DNA from: Setoptus koraiensis
Taxonomy: Eukaryota; Animalia; Arthropoda
Direction: 5' to 3'
DNA length: 64,000 nucleotides
NCBI GenBank assembly: GCA_048013815.1
Contig: CM106586.1
Coordinates: 20,026,001-20,090,000 of the forward strand
Shown here: piece after piece, positions 1 to 12,200 of the stretch
Layout of the letters: every line of letters begins with the position of its first letter
Position numbering within the stretch: the first letter of the stretch is position 1
Translations under genes and position numbers: made by a program
The notes under the pieces: model-generated
Told to the model about the DNA's origin: nothing
The model's input: the letters and a program-made list of their open reading frames with translations, nothing else
The model's database searches: none

Positions 1-1536
1 CAGTGGGTTAAGCCACCACACAATGCAGCGCCCTAATAGTGCAAATCATGTCGGTCAGCAATCGGCGGAATGGGAGCCACGCGAATAAATTTCCAACAGA
101 CTATCATTATCACTATCATCATTATTATTACCCTGTGAAAAGGTAAAAATTAGAAACATTTGAGACGCAACAGCATACGCAATACACTTGTCGGCTTGGC
201 TTGCATACCTGTATACGGCTGGGCTCGGATGGCAAGGCCGCAATGCCGTAAGGAGTGTCCGTGTTTGGCTAATTTCGATTAATCGTGAATAGATTGCCGC
301 TACTCCGAGCCCAAGTTTGCCCGGTCTGTGCATATCATGCTGTCCATTAGAGATGATGTTAGTTATGATGATGATGAGATCAACACTTGCACATTAGCCT
401 TAATTTAGCGTCTTGTATGCCGTCTCGTCTTGTCGGTGTTAGCGTGTGATATACTCTTTCGCGCACATATACTTAGGTCTACTATCGGGCAGCAAGCCGA
501 TCGCCATTACATGATACTACACAAGAGCACACAGTAATCAGCGAGATTGTTATTATCGAAAGGCAGCAGAGCCAACAAAGACGCTTGTGCTGCGACCGCT
601 GATGATGATGATGATGATTATCTAATCAATTTACGGCCAAATATTAAATATTGTAGATATTTTTTGAGTATATGTGCTGGCTCGCAACAATTTAATTTCT
701 GGCCAGCTCTCTTTACGGCTGCTCGGCTTCATGTTGTAATGGTTATCTGATTAAGCGCCGGTGCCATCAAGCCAAACTGCCTACCTATGCTTTCGAGCGG
801 CCAGAGTTGTTGTCGAGCCAGGGTTGTTGCGCGCCCACCGAGACACGAGAAGCTGGCCAGCTAAACAGTGTGAGTGTCCGGCGCGCTGTCCCGCATCAAC
901 TGACGAACAACATCACCTGATGTGTGCGGCATCAGCAACAACAACGACAGCAACAGCCACATTTGCAGCGAGAAAATCAGATTTGGAGTGCCGCAACAGT
1001 GCTGAGCAGTCACGAAGGCCCGATAGCCGCAAGTGATGCTGGCAGACAAACACGAATCAAGTTTATTGAGCCACAAACGGATGACTCGGCTATTTAGCCG
1101 TCTCATTGTGTTTATTGATATTATTTTATATTATCCTCTCTCTCTCTCTCTCGCCCTCAACAACCCTTTCTTCGGCTGCTAACATGCGATTGTTGTTCGC
1201 CGGCAAGCCATCCACAAGCGCTCAGAGGGCGCACAGTTGCCCAGTGTGGATCGGGGTGGCAGTGTGCTGCTGCTGGCAGTCTCAAAGGAAGTCTAAATAG
1301 ATAAAATAGTGGCGTCTCCATTGCCGTTGCTGCTGCTGTTGTTTGTTGAATGGGAGAATGACGTAACAGAAGCGAAACATTCTCGTTTATTTACGTTAAT
1401 AAAACGCTTTTCCATCGCTACACACACACACATTGTGAGTTTTCAGGTTTGTTTTTGCCGCTGCGGCCGGCAATGGCCACAAACCCAGCGCAACGCCACC
1501 GACCAAACAACTTCCACTTATTACTCTTGCCACACT

Positions 1537-1620
1537 CATGATGGCCACACTCTCTTGCATGATGACCGCACTCTCTTGCATGATGACCACACTTTCTTGC
1601 ATGATGACCACACTCTCTTG
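1537..1620. repeat. Minisatellite, 21-bp unit (CATGATGACCACACTCTCTTG) x4
   Basis: Four adjacent units with 0-1 mismatch each, read directly; explains the HDDHTLL repeat in ORF 1309..1812. Confidence 0.95.
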
Positions 1621-2366
1621 CAAAGAGAGAAAGAAATAAATAAAAATTGTAACAACAATGAATTTGGCGTTCGGGCTGAAATTGAACGGCCACTCTCAGC
1701 GCTGCCACTTGAGATGTGCAAGTCGCGAGCGATGGCCACTCGGTCGTCCGGTCATCTCGCTCACCAGTGCATATCGTCTCCGTGTCCCTGCCGAGCCACT
1801 GTATTACAGTGACTGTAAGCCCGATGGCGTATGCAAACACCCTTGGTCGGCCGTCAGTTTGTTGATTTGTTTGTTGATTCAATTATTTCGTTCGAGCCGG
1901 CTTGTTGTTGAGCTGCTGTCGCCGTCTGCCGGTGTAACCGCAGCCGGGCCAACCGGCGGCCGTTAGCGGCAGCCGTCACAATTGTTGTTCTACTTGTTGT
2001 TGTTCACACACCGGTGTGCGCCACTCAAAGTCAGTGAAACTGCCGTCAAAAGTCATGCCGACGGCTTGACAGAGACACTTTACGTCACGCCGGCAAGTGG
2101 CTTGACAGTCGGAGTGGACTGAGCTGAGCTGACGAAAACAACAAACTGTGAACATATTGTCCATGGTGAGACATGTTTCAATTGGTCAAATCAAATGCTG
2201 GAAGCCGTTTGAAGGCATTAGCGTAATCGCCCGATACTTGTAGTCATGCCACTGGCGATTTCGGGGCGCCCCTCCCTCACTTGCTATCATCTGTGCGCGC
2301 CCGTTGTGTGTCCGAAGACCTCTCCACTCGAACGAGTCTCGGGGCGAAAGTCTTTCTTGGGAACTC

Positions 2367-2368
<2 letters not shown>

Positions 2369-2412
<44 letters not shown>
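2369..2412. repeat. (CA)22 microsatellite
   Basis: Read directly from the sequence. Confidence 0.95.
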
Positions 2413-2414
<2 letters not shown>

Positions 2415-3840
2415 AGCTTTCACGCTGGCACAAACCTTCAGCCTCACCTGAGACTCTCAGCCTGAGACCACTCAACGGGCTACTAATGTCACCAAGCTGT
2501 CATACTGCCCACCAAGGAGAACGGACCGACCGCTGCATATGTCGATACGTAAATTCGGTTTAATATCGCTTATATGAGGCGCTCACCCGAGGGCCCTCTA
2601 CCCGGGAGTCGCACAGAGACGCTCCCCCGGAGTGATCGGGGCAGCTCTGAACGCTGGCCTGAATGGTCACAGTTTCCGCTTGTCGAGGGAGGGATTAGCC
2701 CGTTTGGGTGCAATTTTGCTGAGGCGATCACACTTTTATGTTTGTTTTGTTGGTTCCGGCCGAGCGACAGGACTCCTGTGACAGGAGTCGGTCGAGCGGG
2801 ATTCAAATATTGGCGCGCCTAGCCAAGGTGTGCCGATATTTGAATCTTGATACTGTAGAGGCACAGACGGGAGGAGCTGCGCAAAGACTTGTAAGCGTGA
2901 GCCGCAATAAGAGTGCGCCGAAAGCAACCAACGAGCCGTAGCTGTGGCATGCTGGTTGGTTTGCGCGCTTGCGTGAACTCGTTGAAAAACCTCATTTAGT
3001 TCGATGCGTGCGTGTGTGTGCGCCATAGAACAAACTCGTTGCACACTGGCCTGGCCACATAACGCTTGAGCCGAATTGTTCGACTGCCCAAAAGGGGTGG
3101 CGCTTACATAGCGCTTGTTAGTGCATGTCCACCATTTTCTCTCTCCCCCTATCTCGTTGTGTGTCTGTTGTGGGCTTGCTGCGCGCCCGGTTTAATCATT
3201 TTCGAATTTGTCTTCAACCGGCCAACTAGAGCTTGTGTGTGTGTGCGTGCGCGCACAATAATTCGATCCGGTGGCACTCGAGGCCAACAATCGAACAATT
3301 GGACAATCGAACAATGGAGCAGCGATCGAATAACAGTGAGCGGCTCCATCGAACTGCTGAAACGAGCCGGCGCGCCACTCATTGCGGCAAAAGTTCGCTG
3401 GCGCAATTGTAAATCAATAATTGACTATCACAAATCACAGCAAACAAATCATCAGTTGATTAAATACAAATAATCGCCAAATTTCAAGTCATCAAGCGCT
3501 CATTAACTAATCGTCGGCCCAACTCAATGAACCCAACTAATCAACGGCCAGCAAATTGTCGTCAAGTGTCTAGTTATTCGCGTCTTACATCATAAATTAT
3601 AAATTACAAATTATTATAAATTTTGCAGTTGCAAAATTGAGAAAAATTGTTTTTGCGACAAAGCGGCGCCACACAATAGTAACAGAATCCAGCAAACAAC
3701 CGCCGACTGCGAGTCGTCGGCAAGTTATATTCATATCATCGTCATCGATTGCCAACATCATCGTCATTAATCACCAGCATCATCCTCATTAATTACCAAT
3801 ATCATATCCAGCTAATTAATTGTCAAGCCTCGTCAGCGAT

Positions 3841-3894
3841 AAATAAGTGCGGCTCGCCAAATAAATAAGTACGGCTCGTCGAATAAATAAGTGC
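3841..3894. repeat. 22-bp tandem repeat (AAATAAGTGCGGCTCGCCAAAT) x2.5 with AATAAA at unit junctions
   Basis: Read directly; units start at 3841, 3863 and 3885. Confidence 0.8.
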
Positions 3895-4114
3895 CCAGCA
3901 CCCGCAAGCAACAGCCGCCGCCATCCAATTCCGGCCCGTCGCGAGGAAGCCGCCGCACCGCGTCCAGCGCGAACCAGCCTGTTTTAGTCAAGGTGAGTGA
4001 TTGAATTTCGAGTATTTTCTACCAAATTAAACGCCGCCATCTCTCGTGATAGTCAGCCGATTCGTGCTGGTGCTACGTGCTCGTATATGGCAACGCCGCA
4101 CTGTTGATCGCCCG

Positions 4115-7100
4115 TCAGTCCCGCGCCCGCTTGCCGTTGCCGCCCGGGCCCGAGTCGATGCGGCCCGTCAACCAGAAGGTGTTCATCATTCCCTTGCCCT
4201 TGATCTCAATTTCGCCTCGCAGTTCTATATTGAACGTGTTGAATTTTTTCAATATAATCGCACTGTCCTCGCTAATGTGAATTTTCATTGGCTCGCCGTG
4301 ACTCTCCATGCGGCTTGCCGTGTTGACCGTGTCGCCAAACAAACAGTACCGATACATACGAGTGCCCACCACTCCGCTGGCGCACGGGCCCGAATGCACG
4401 CCAATGCGCAATTCCAAATTAACGTGGGGCAAATGAATTACCTCAAAGTTGCGTATTGTATCCAACAATGACAGCGACATCTCGGCTATCTCTTTGGCGT
4501 GATTGTCGCCGTTTCTTATCGGTAGCCCGCTCACAACCATATAGGCGTCGCCGATGGTCTCCACTTTGTACACGTCGTAACGAGCTATGCAATCGTCGAA
4601 CTCCGTATACAATTGATTCAATAGATTGACCACTTCAATCGGCGAACTCTGTGCCGCTATTTTGGTGAAATCTTTTATGTCAGAGAACGATATTGTGACC
4701 GCTTCGTACGCTTCCGGCGTCACAGAATGGCCATATTTCAGTTGGTCCACCACAAACCTGGGCAACATCTCATACAGTAGCTCTTCGCTGCGCTTCTTCT
4801 CTTCCATTAGCTCGGCCGTTTTTTGCTCCACAAGCGACTCGAGATTGTCCGTGTAACGTTCCATTCGTTGCAACAAATTGTCCATGATGTTTGCCCCGTC
4901 CATGCCGCATCGCATCTTCTTGATCTGTTGCTTCACCGAGGTCACCGTGGGCCGTAAGCTTGCGTTCTCTTGCCAGCAGTTTTGCACCAACGTTATCAAA
5001 TCGCCTACCATAAAATCGCCATTGGCGCCGCCCTGATTAGTTTGCAAATCAGGCCTGAAATAGGGTCGGAACGGCGGCGATAGGCCCATCCTAACAAGAT
5101 TGACAATTTCCTCTGGCTCTAGCCGTTGCTTGTGCTGAATAACCATCGGTTTCACCGCCGACTGACTCATGCCAGCCGCGCTGCCGCCAACAAGATTTTG
5201 TTGACTGCTTAAATTATTTGCATAATTTGCATGCTGATAATTGCCACCTAAAGCCTGTTGGCCAGAGCCACTGTTTGCTGCTGTTGTCCTTATCACTGGC
5301 ATCGACGACTTGGGTGCCACCACTACGTCCTGGGTACACAGAATGGGCTCGCATTCGAACGGGCCGCACCGAGTGATTATCTCTTGGAATATAATGGCCA
5401 AGCTGTATATGTCGCCCTTGCTAGATCCGGACGACATGGGATGCTTGGTTCGCAAGTGCTCGGGAGCTGTCCACAGCAGTACGCGCGGATTTATATTTTC
5501 TTCAACCTCAACTGACGATATCAGTGTTGGCAGTCCAAAGTCTGTTAATTTGACAACAAATCTATTGTCGATTACACAATTGGACGACTTGAGCCTGCCG
5601 TGATACTGGATGGGCGACGAATGCAAATGAATGAGCCCATCAACAATGTCGTTGATGATACTGTATCGGAATGGCCAGTCCAACCGAATGGATTCGTTTT
5701 GCAACAAATCCTGCAAATTTCCCCTAATGCACAATTCCGACACCAGGGCGATATTGGGGTCCTCCGGACACAGGCCAATGAATTTAATTAAATTTTCGTG
5801 TGTTAGATCTCTAACCTGACGCAGCTCAATCAGCAATTGACGATTTATATTCAGATTTTTAATATTCAAATGTTTCACAGCCACCCGGCTTGCCTTGTAC
5901 AGGCCCACCTTTGTTGTTTGCGATTGATCGCGGCCGCCGTTGAGCACCGTACCCAATCTTAATTTCACCTTGTTTTGCGAAGATATCGACGGGTCTTTGT
6001 TATTGCTGGCTGAATTTGTTGTGCCAAATCTGCTCTTGCCCGAACTGTTGGTAGCGCCAGCGTTGCCGCTGCCTGTCAATTGCAAACTGAATCCCGATGA
6101 TTTCTCTTTTCCCTGACTTATGCCACCACTTCCTGCAGCGCCGCTTTTGTGGCTTCCTGTCGAACAAGTGCTCTTGCTTATTAACGGCAATAGTTTGTTT
6201 GTTGAATGGGATATGCATTTGCTTTGAGCAACGGTAAGACCACCGGTGTTTGTTGTTTGATGCAAAGCGGAAAGAGTTGCCGGTCCCACGCTCTTGGCTC
6301 GCCCATAAGACGAGCTGTCTCTGCTGTGGCAGCAGCCCGCCGCTGCCGCTACCATGGTCGACATGTAAAGTGGAGAAGTGGCACATGCACCTCCGCCGTC
6401 TAGACAATTTTTGATGGTTACGCTTGAATTAGATATTGACTGATTGCTGGCGCTGGTGGCGGCGGTGGCAGCGGTTGCGACGGTGGCGCTGGCCATGCCG
6501 GCAGCGGAGCAGTCGTGATTGCTCACCGAGCGGCAGTTTGATGATAATGGCATCAAATTTGTGTCGGATGCCGCTGTTGTTAAAATCTCAATTGCGGTGG
6601 CACTATTGTTGCTCACAGTTGCGGTTAATTTCTGTTGTTGAATAATATCACTTACGCTATCGCCGCTGGTCGACACAATCACCGGCGTTGGGTGCTGATT
6701 AGACGGGACGGCGTTGGCGTTAGATCGAATGCTCGCATGCGAAGCCTGATGATGGTGGTGCTCATTAAAGGACTCATTACTGATGGCCAGCGAGCTCATT
6801 GAGCGTTTTCCGTCGCACAAAATATCTACCTCGTCTTCGAATATTATGTCCTCGTATTTGATGGACCACCACAAATTAAGCAGCTCGGACTCTATGCGAA
6901 AGCGCCGATAAATGAACCAACCAATTATTGTTGAGCACAGTATAACCACCGCCACCAGTGTAATTAGCAACCAGACACCAAAGATGAAGCGCTCGTTTGA
7001 TTCGCGCAGCTTCGCCCGGAATATGTCGGAGCCCAGGTCGTCGTAGTCGTAGCGACAATACAGTGACTCGTTCAGGCGACATCGGGGATCGGAGCGGGGC

Positions 7101-9292
7101 GCAGATTGATTCATTCGGGCCCAAAATGGCTGTTTGCCCTTGATGAGATGCAACTCCTTCTCGTAGGCATAATAATGCGCCACGGGCTCCATGATCATCG
7201 ACTGCATCGAGAAGCCGTTCAATGTGAAGTCCATTATGCGCTGACCGCCGCTATTAATAGTCAAATTGCCCGTAAGTCCGCCCGTAAATGTTGTGTTGAC
7301 GGCCAGATCGAAGAATGTCTTGCCGTCGATGTCGGTGAGATTTGTGTTGGTGAGAATATGATTGACCTTGTCAGCGTAAAGAAGTATACAATCGTAGACG
7401 CAACCCGCAACAGCCAGTGCGTACAGACTGCGCAAATTGCTTTGCAGCTTGTAATTAAATTCACGCTCCGATAGAGTGGCCACCTCTTGTCTGAACGAAT
7501 CAAAGTCCGAACTGGTGGGAATCTTGAGCGATATGGTGAACAATGGCTGAAATATCTCCTTGAACAGTCTGTCTTGCGTTGGGTTGCCTGTCTGATAAAT
7601 TGATGCATCTATTCTGTCGGAAAACGAATACTTTGACGGTGTCGATTCGCTCTCAAATTGTTGTGCCTCAAACAGTTCCAGCGCAATGAACACAAATTGA
7701 CCATTTGACATGCCCTGATTGTGAGCGGCCAGCAGCAAATCCAGCACAGACTGGCTACCTGCCAGCAATAGAATTATGCGAGAGTAAGAGGCCGCGTCCA
7801 GGATAATCTGATTGTAATCGACGCCACCGAAGCTGGTGTAATTAAAATCCCTCGAGGTAACATTGATTTTGGGCGCCATGATTCTCTGGCGCTCGCGATG
7901 TTGCTGACTGTTGTCAGCGTGCTGCTGCTGCTTTTGCTGCTGATGTGTGTCCTCAATCGTTACAATTGGACCAGTTGGCGAGAGTGAGCCCGAATGATGT
8001 TTGGGGTTCGATTGGGGTCCGCTTGCGCCGGAAACCTTGTTGTTCATGAAGTTGAACATCTCCAACAGAGCGTCCCTTATGAGCGAATGCAGCGGGTGTC
8101 GGGCGTCGGTGACTATGGTCAGGTGCTTCCATTTGTATATCCTGAACAATTCAACAATCATTTCGCCTATCAATTGAACATTTAGAGCTAATTGTATTAG
8201 CGTCAACGGTTTGTAACGGGCCGCGTAGGTTTGTGGCAAGTAGCCAGTGCTGCAGATGGGCACGTTCCAGTAGCTCACTAATTGGGCCACTGAGCCAAGC
8301 GACTCGGTGCAACCTGGGCCCACGAAATAATTTGCGCCGCGCTCGTAATATTCCTCTGCGGCGTGACCGGCGGCATAATCGTGCTTGCAAACAGCCGACG
8401 ACGATGTAAACGTCACATCAAAATCAATGCCCTTGTAACGTTGCTTTGCCACAGCCAACGCCAAATCTATTGCCGGCTTGGCAATGCGATGATCAAGAAT
8501 TACTTCAGTACCGGAAGTGGTTTGTTCAAAACACGAAAACATGGCCACTATTTTCGCGTTAAATGTCCTAGCGCCGCTCTTGCTGTCTACTCGTATTCTA
8601 TTGTGCATCTTTCTTGCATCCAAGCTAGATGCACTTATGTGGGGTGGACAAAATGAGCCCCCGCTGAGGTTGTAGTTTTTGTTGTTGTGGTTGTTGCCGG
8701 TGTACAATGCCACCTTGGTGTTTTCATTCGGACCCAATCCCTGCAAGGACCGAACAATATCTTGGTAGTTTGATTCCCCTGAGCTCTTCATTTTCAGATA
8801 TTCATACTGTCGCTTGTTTCTTGTGTCATCTCGGGTGAGTCGAGGGGCAGATTCATTCAATTTAGTTTGTTCGCTCACCAGAAACTCGCCAAGTTTTTTA
8901 TTGGCGATCTGGTCGAAATATTCGCCCTCTTCCAACGAATCATCGCCCAAGCCCAAATCGTCGTACTGGGCATTCAGCTTGTTGGATTCACTTGAATCTG
9001 TCTCCACGACGGACAACGATTCTGGCCAATAAGCTACCTTGCTAAACTGTTGCAAATTGTCTGCGGCGTTTCGCCCATTCTTGTCGAGTTTCGCATTTTG
9101 TTGCGAATGAAAGACTGTGAAATTGCGCAGATATTCATTGAACGTCTGATTGGATACGTGGCAACGAATGGAGGATTGTCTTGTTGAAATGTGAAGCAAC
9201 GTAAGAACGGCCAGCAAAGCGTACGGAATAAACTTGCTGGAGTTGAATAACTTGAGGATCAAGCTCCTTCTTAATTGAAGTTTTGAGAACAT
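4115..9292 (-). CDS. Receptor-type (membrane) guanylyl cyclase, natriuretic-peptide-receptor/Gyc76C-like; single exon, 1725 aa
   Basis: N-terminal hydrophobic signal; ANF-receptor-like ectodomain (FVGPGC, YWNVP); TM segment FIFGVWLLITLVAVVILCSTIIGWFIY; kinase-homology domain (VAVKHL, HENLIKFIG, HGRLKSSNC, KLTDFG); coiled-coil hinge; cyclase core with GTP-specifying motifs VYKVETIGDAYMVVSG and RYCLFGDTVNTASRMES. Confidence 0.96.
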   Translation of the reverse strand: MFSKLQLRRSLILKLFNSSKFIPYALLAVLTLLHISTRQSSIRCHVSNQTFNEYLRNFTVFHSQQNAKLDKNGRNAADNLQQFSKVAYWPESLSVVETDSSESNKLNAQYDDLGLGDDSLEEGEYFDQIANKKLGEFLVSEQTKLNESAPRLTRDDTRNKRQYEYLKMKSSGESNYQDIVRSLQGLGPNENTKVALYTGNNHNNKNYNLSGGSFCPPHISASSLDARKMHNRIRVDSKSGARTFNAKIVAMFSCFEQTTSGTEVILDHRIAKPAIDLALAVAKQRYKGIDFDVTFTSSSAVCKHDYAAGHAAEEYYERGANYFVGPGCTESLGSVAQLVSYWNVPICSTGYLPQTYAARYKPLTLIQLALNVQLIGEMIVELFRIYKWKHLTIVTDARHPLHSLIRDALLEMFNFMNNKVSGASGPQSNPKHHSGSLSPTGPIVTIEDTHQQQKQQQHADNSQQHRERQRIMAPKINVTSRDFNYTSFGGVDYNQIILDAASYSRIILLLAGSQSVLDLLLAAHNQGMSNGQFVFIALELFEAQQFESESTPSKYSFSDRIDASIYQTGNPTQDRLFKEIFQPLFTISLKIPTSSDFDSFRQEVATLSEREFNYKLQSNLRSLYALAVAGCVYDCILLYADKVNHILTNTNLTDIDGKTFFDLAVNTTFTGGLTGNLTINSGGQRIMDFTLNGFSMQSMIMEPVAHYYAYEKELHLIKGKQPFWARMNQSAPRSDPRCRLNESLYCRYDYDDLGSDIFRAKLRESNERFIFGVWLLITLVAVVILCSTIIGWFIYRRFRIESELLNLWWSIKYEDIIFEDEVDILCDGKRSMSSLAISNESFNEHHHHQASHASIRSNANAVPSNQHPTPVIVSTSGDSVSDIIQQQKLTATVSNNSATAIEILTTAASDTNLMPLSSNCRSVSNHDCSAAGMASATVATAATAATSASNQSISNSSVTIKNCLDGGGACATSPLYMSTMVAAAAGCCHSRDSSSYGRAKSVGPATLSALHQTTNTGGLTVAQSKCISHSTNKLLPLISKSTCSTGSHKSGAAGSGGISQGKEKSSGFSLQLTGSGNAGATNSSGKSRFGTTNSASNNKDPSISSQNKVKLRLGTVLNGGRDQSQTTKVGLYKASRVAVKHLNIKNLNINRQLLIELRQVRDLTHENLIKFIGLCPEDPNIALVSELCIRGNLQDLLQNESIRLDWPFRYSIINDIVDGLIHLHSSPIQYHGRLKSSNCVIDNRFVVKLTDFGLPTLISSVEVEENINPRVLLWTAPEHLRTKHPMSSGSSKGDIYSLAIIFQEIITRCGPFECEPILCTQDVVVAPKSSMPVIRTTAANSGSGQQALGGNYQHANYANNLSSQQNLVGGSAAGMSQSAVKPMVIQHKQRLEPEEIVNLVRMGLSPPFRPYFRPDLQTNQGGANGDFMVGDLITLVQNCWQENASLRPTVTSVKQQIKKMRCGMDGANIMDNLLQRMERYTDNLESLVEQKTAELMEEKKRSEELLYEMLPRFVVDQLKYGHSVTPEAYEAVTISFSDIKDFTKIAAQSSPIEVVNLLNQLYTEFDDCIARYDVYKVETIGDAYMVVSGLPIRNGDNHAKEIAEMSLSLLDTIRNFEVIHLPHVNLELRIGVHSGPCASGVVGTRMYRYCLFGDTVNTASRMESHGEPMKIHISEDSAIILKKFNTFNIELRGEIEIKGKGMMNTFWLTGRIDSGPGGNGKRARD

Positions 9293-12200
9293 TTCATATA
9301 CAATGATGCGAGTTATTTTTTAGTCAAATGATGTTGCTTGTTGTAGGTCATCTTACTGAGAACTGACCGGTGCCCAACAGCAACAAGAATGCACTAGATG
9401 AGATATGCAAGATTTGTGTAAGTGCCTAATTGGATTGGATACGCTATCACTCACACTGATTACGCGCATGCTATAATCAGGAACGTTCACGTGACTAAAA
9501 CCAATTTGAACCTCTGAGAGCGACCGAGACAATGTGCCTAACGAATAAGAGGTCCTCGCTTGACAAAGACTAATTGAATTAATTAACTTTGTCGTGACAC
9601 GGAATTGCGAAGAATTCATTCAGTGAACGTCGGCGTGACACACCACTCAACCCAAAATATCAGAGGTTCCACGTATGAATGGACCATCCATACGAGTCGA
9701 GCTGGTCCTCACAAAAGTCTGCAGAATCGGATGGGTCTGAACCGTAAACAATCGGTTGTTATGTGACATGTGATTCTTGCTTTTTTGGTGATTTATTGCT
9801 GATGTTCGCCTACTAGCGAATCAGAAAGAGCAGCTCGTTTGTGTGATGTGTCGTCAATTGAGCAACCGTTGCTTGCAAACATCAGCATGCTGACATTATG
9901 CAAGGTTCCAAACTTTCTTCGTTTGGAGTCAGACCAAATCACACATCTCTAGAATAGCAGCTCGAACTGGCCTGAGCGATTTGTTGTCAATATTTCAATG
10001 TCGATAGTCAAAAAAACTCGCTGCGAATTGTTCCAGTTGCCCTGACTGAATCGCAAAGTGATGTACTTGTTTGTCAGTGGGCAATTCTTCAAAAATAGTG
10101 TCACATCACCTGACATAGACTGAAATAAATCCCCGAATAGAATCACCAGAGCGAAACTGGAAATAAACACCGAAGCGACGGCGAGAGATCAAGCACAAAA
10201 CTGGAAATTTGCTCCAATGACAGTGCCTCAAATGATTGGGTGGAACTAGATTTAGTTTGGGCTTGTCCGCCCCCTTTCGCAGATTGCAGCTCTGTATGCT
10301 TTACAGTTTACCAACCAGAAAAAACCCATCCAATATACATTCAAAAAGTGTTTGATCTGATAATGAGTGCCTTCGACATTCGAATCTGATAGCGAGTTTT
10401 TTGCAAGCATCTCGGGCCTATTTTGAATGCTGTTCGTGTCATCTCACTTGGCGCTGAATTTCATTGACTCAAGGCGCCCTCTTATTCATCGTACAGTATT
10501 TCTATTTTGAGCGATTCTCTCTCTCTCTCTCTCTCTCTCTCGCTCTCTTGCAGATTGTTCCAGACTTCATGGAAATGGAACACAATGCGGCGCTGATTTC
10601 TATTCACTGGGATTCTCACGAGTCGGCCCCCTATTTCGGTGAAAGGATTTGGGCCGCAAAACTAAACGGTTTTATTGCGAACGCTCTGCTCGGTTAGAAC
10701 CGTCAATTTAACGGCGATTTCATTTTATCCGTCTGGGAGGTTGGTTTATTTTATTGGTGTGACGCCGTTGGCATGCTGGGACAAAAACAGAAGCCGCCTT
10801 GTGGCGCTATTTTTCAGAAAAACTCAACCGAAAGAGAAAGCGACAGAGAATTCGATTTGCTGCTAAGCTCGACGATATTGCTCACGAGGGCAGTGTTGAC
10901 AGAGCGCAATTGTGATAAAGCGAATACACACAAAATGTCAGACATTCACTCAGTTTCAAAGTTGCAAAGTGACTAAAAGAATGGACACAATAAAGGGATC
11001 AACAAGGATTTAGTTTCGTGCCGGATTGTGTCCCGGTTGGCACTTTTCTCGCTGGCCACTTACATCATTAGTTTGTTAGTTGGGCCAGTTGTTAGCGAGT
11101 CAGTAGTTGGTAGGTTTCTACACGGCCCGGTTATCTTGTTCATCTACCACAATCCATTGTAATGATTGTTGATGGTCAGTAGACTGGCAATGGCCGTTGT
11201 GTTGTGTGTCTGTGTGTCTAGTTTAGTGTCGATAATAGTGAATCTGATAGCGTAAATTTGTCATCATTTTATGCTTCGTTTGTCTTCTATCACCGCTCGC
11301 ATAGGCGAAATTGTCCGCGGACGGATATATCGCGTTCGCGGAAGGGGCCGCTTTATTTTGTCGCATTCGGGCGCATTCTCTTTCTTCTTTAGTAACTAAG
11401 TATAGTTAGTGTGTCCAACTAACTGTACACATCCATTTGTTGTGTCCGCGGCCCGCTCCGGCCACTGCCATCAATATTTATTTATTTATGGTGTAGTTTG
11501 TGACACACACGAGCTTGCCATACATAAAAGCCTGTCACTGGATATGCGAGCAGTAATTGGAAGCGCCAGAACAAATCCATCGGGATCCGTCCCGCTGTGG
11601 TTGAGATTGATCAAAGTTGCAATGTTGCAACAAAATGCAACGGCCAAATATAGTTATGTTTGTGCCACTGGCCGCCAGATTGCCTCTACACGTGACACTC
11701 GAAAATCAAATCATACCCCAGAGTGCAATGGGCCTCTATTTATCATGTTGTCTAAGTGGCAAGCATTTGCTGACATTCACGATCAATCACAAGTATATTT
11801 ATCAATGCATGTGTATTCCCGTCGGATCGGGCCCGATTTCGTTGGCTTTGCCATGCGTGCGCTTGCATGCTGCAATCCCACTAATAATAATTCTGCCGGG
11901 CCAAGCTTCATCAGCAGATACTAATCACGGCGAAACAAACAAAAAGTTAATGACTTTTGCCAAGACCGTGCCCAGTCGAATACTGTTTACTGTTTGCGTA
12001 CCGCTGTCGTATGTTGATGTTAATCGGCTTGATATATCAATATTGTATCAGGGGGTCAGCGCAAATCAAATTGTCTCAACAATGACATAGCTTGATTTTG
12101 CAGTGCTTCGCCGGCAATGGCCTAATAAAATGTTTCGCAACGTCTGGCGCAAAGCAGCTTGCCAGCACTTGTTTTCTCGAAGCTTTTGTGCAACGGGAGC

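Noticed and set aside
1257-1330. miR-34-like start TGGCAGTGTG with partial downstream complement
   Set aside because: Only the first 10 nt match; the proposed stem needs a 4-nt bulge and many G-U pairs.
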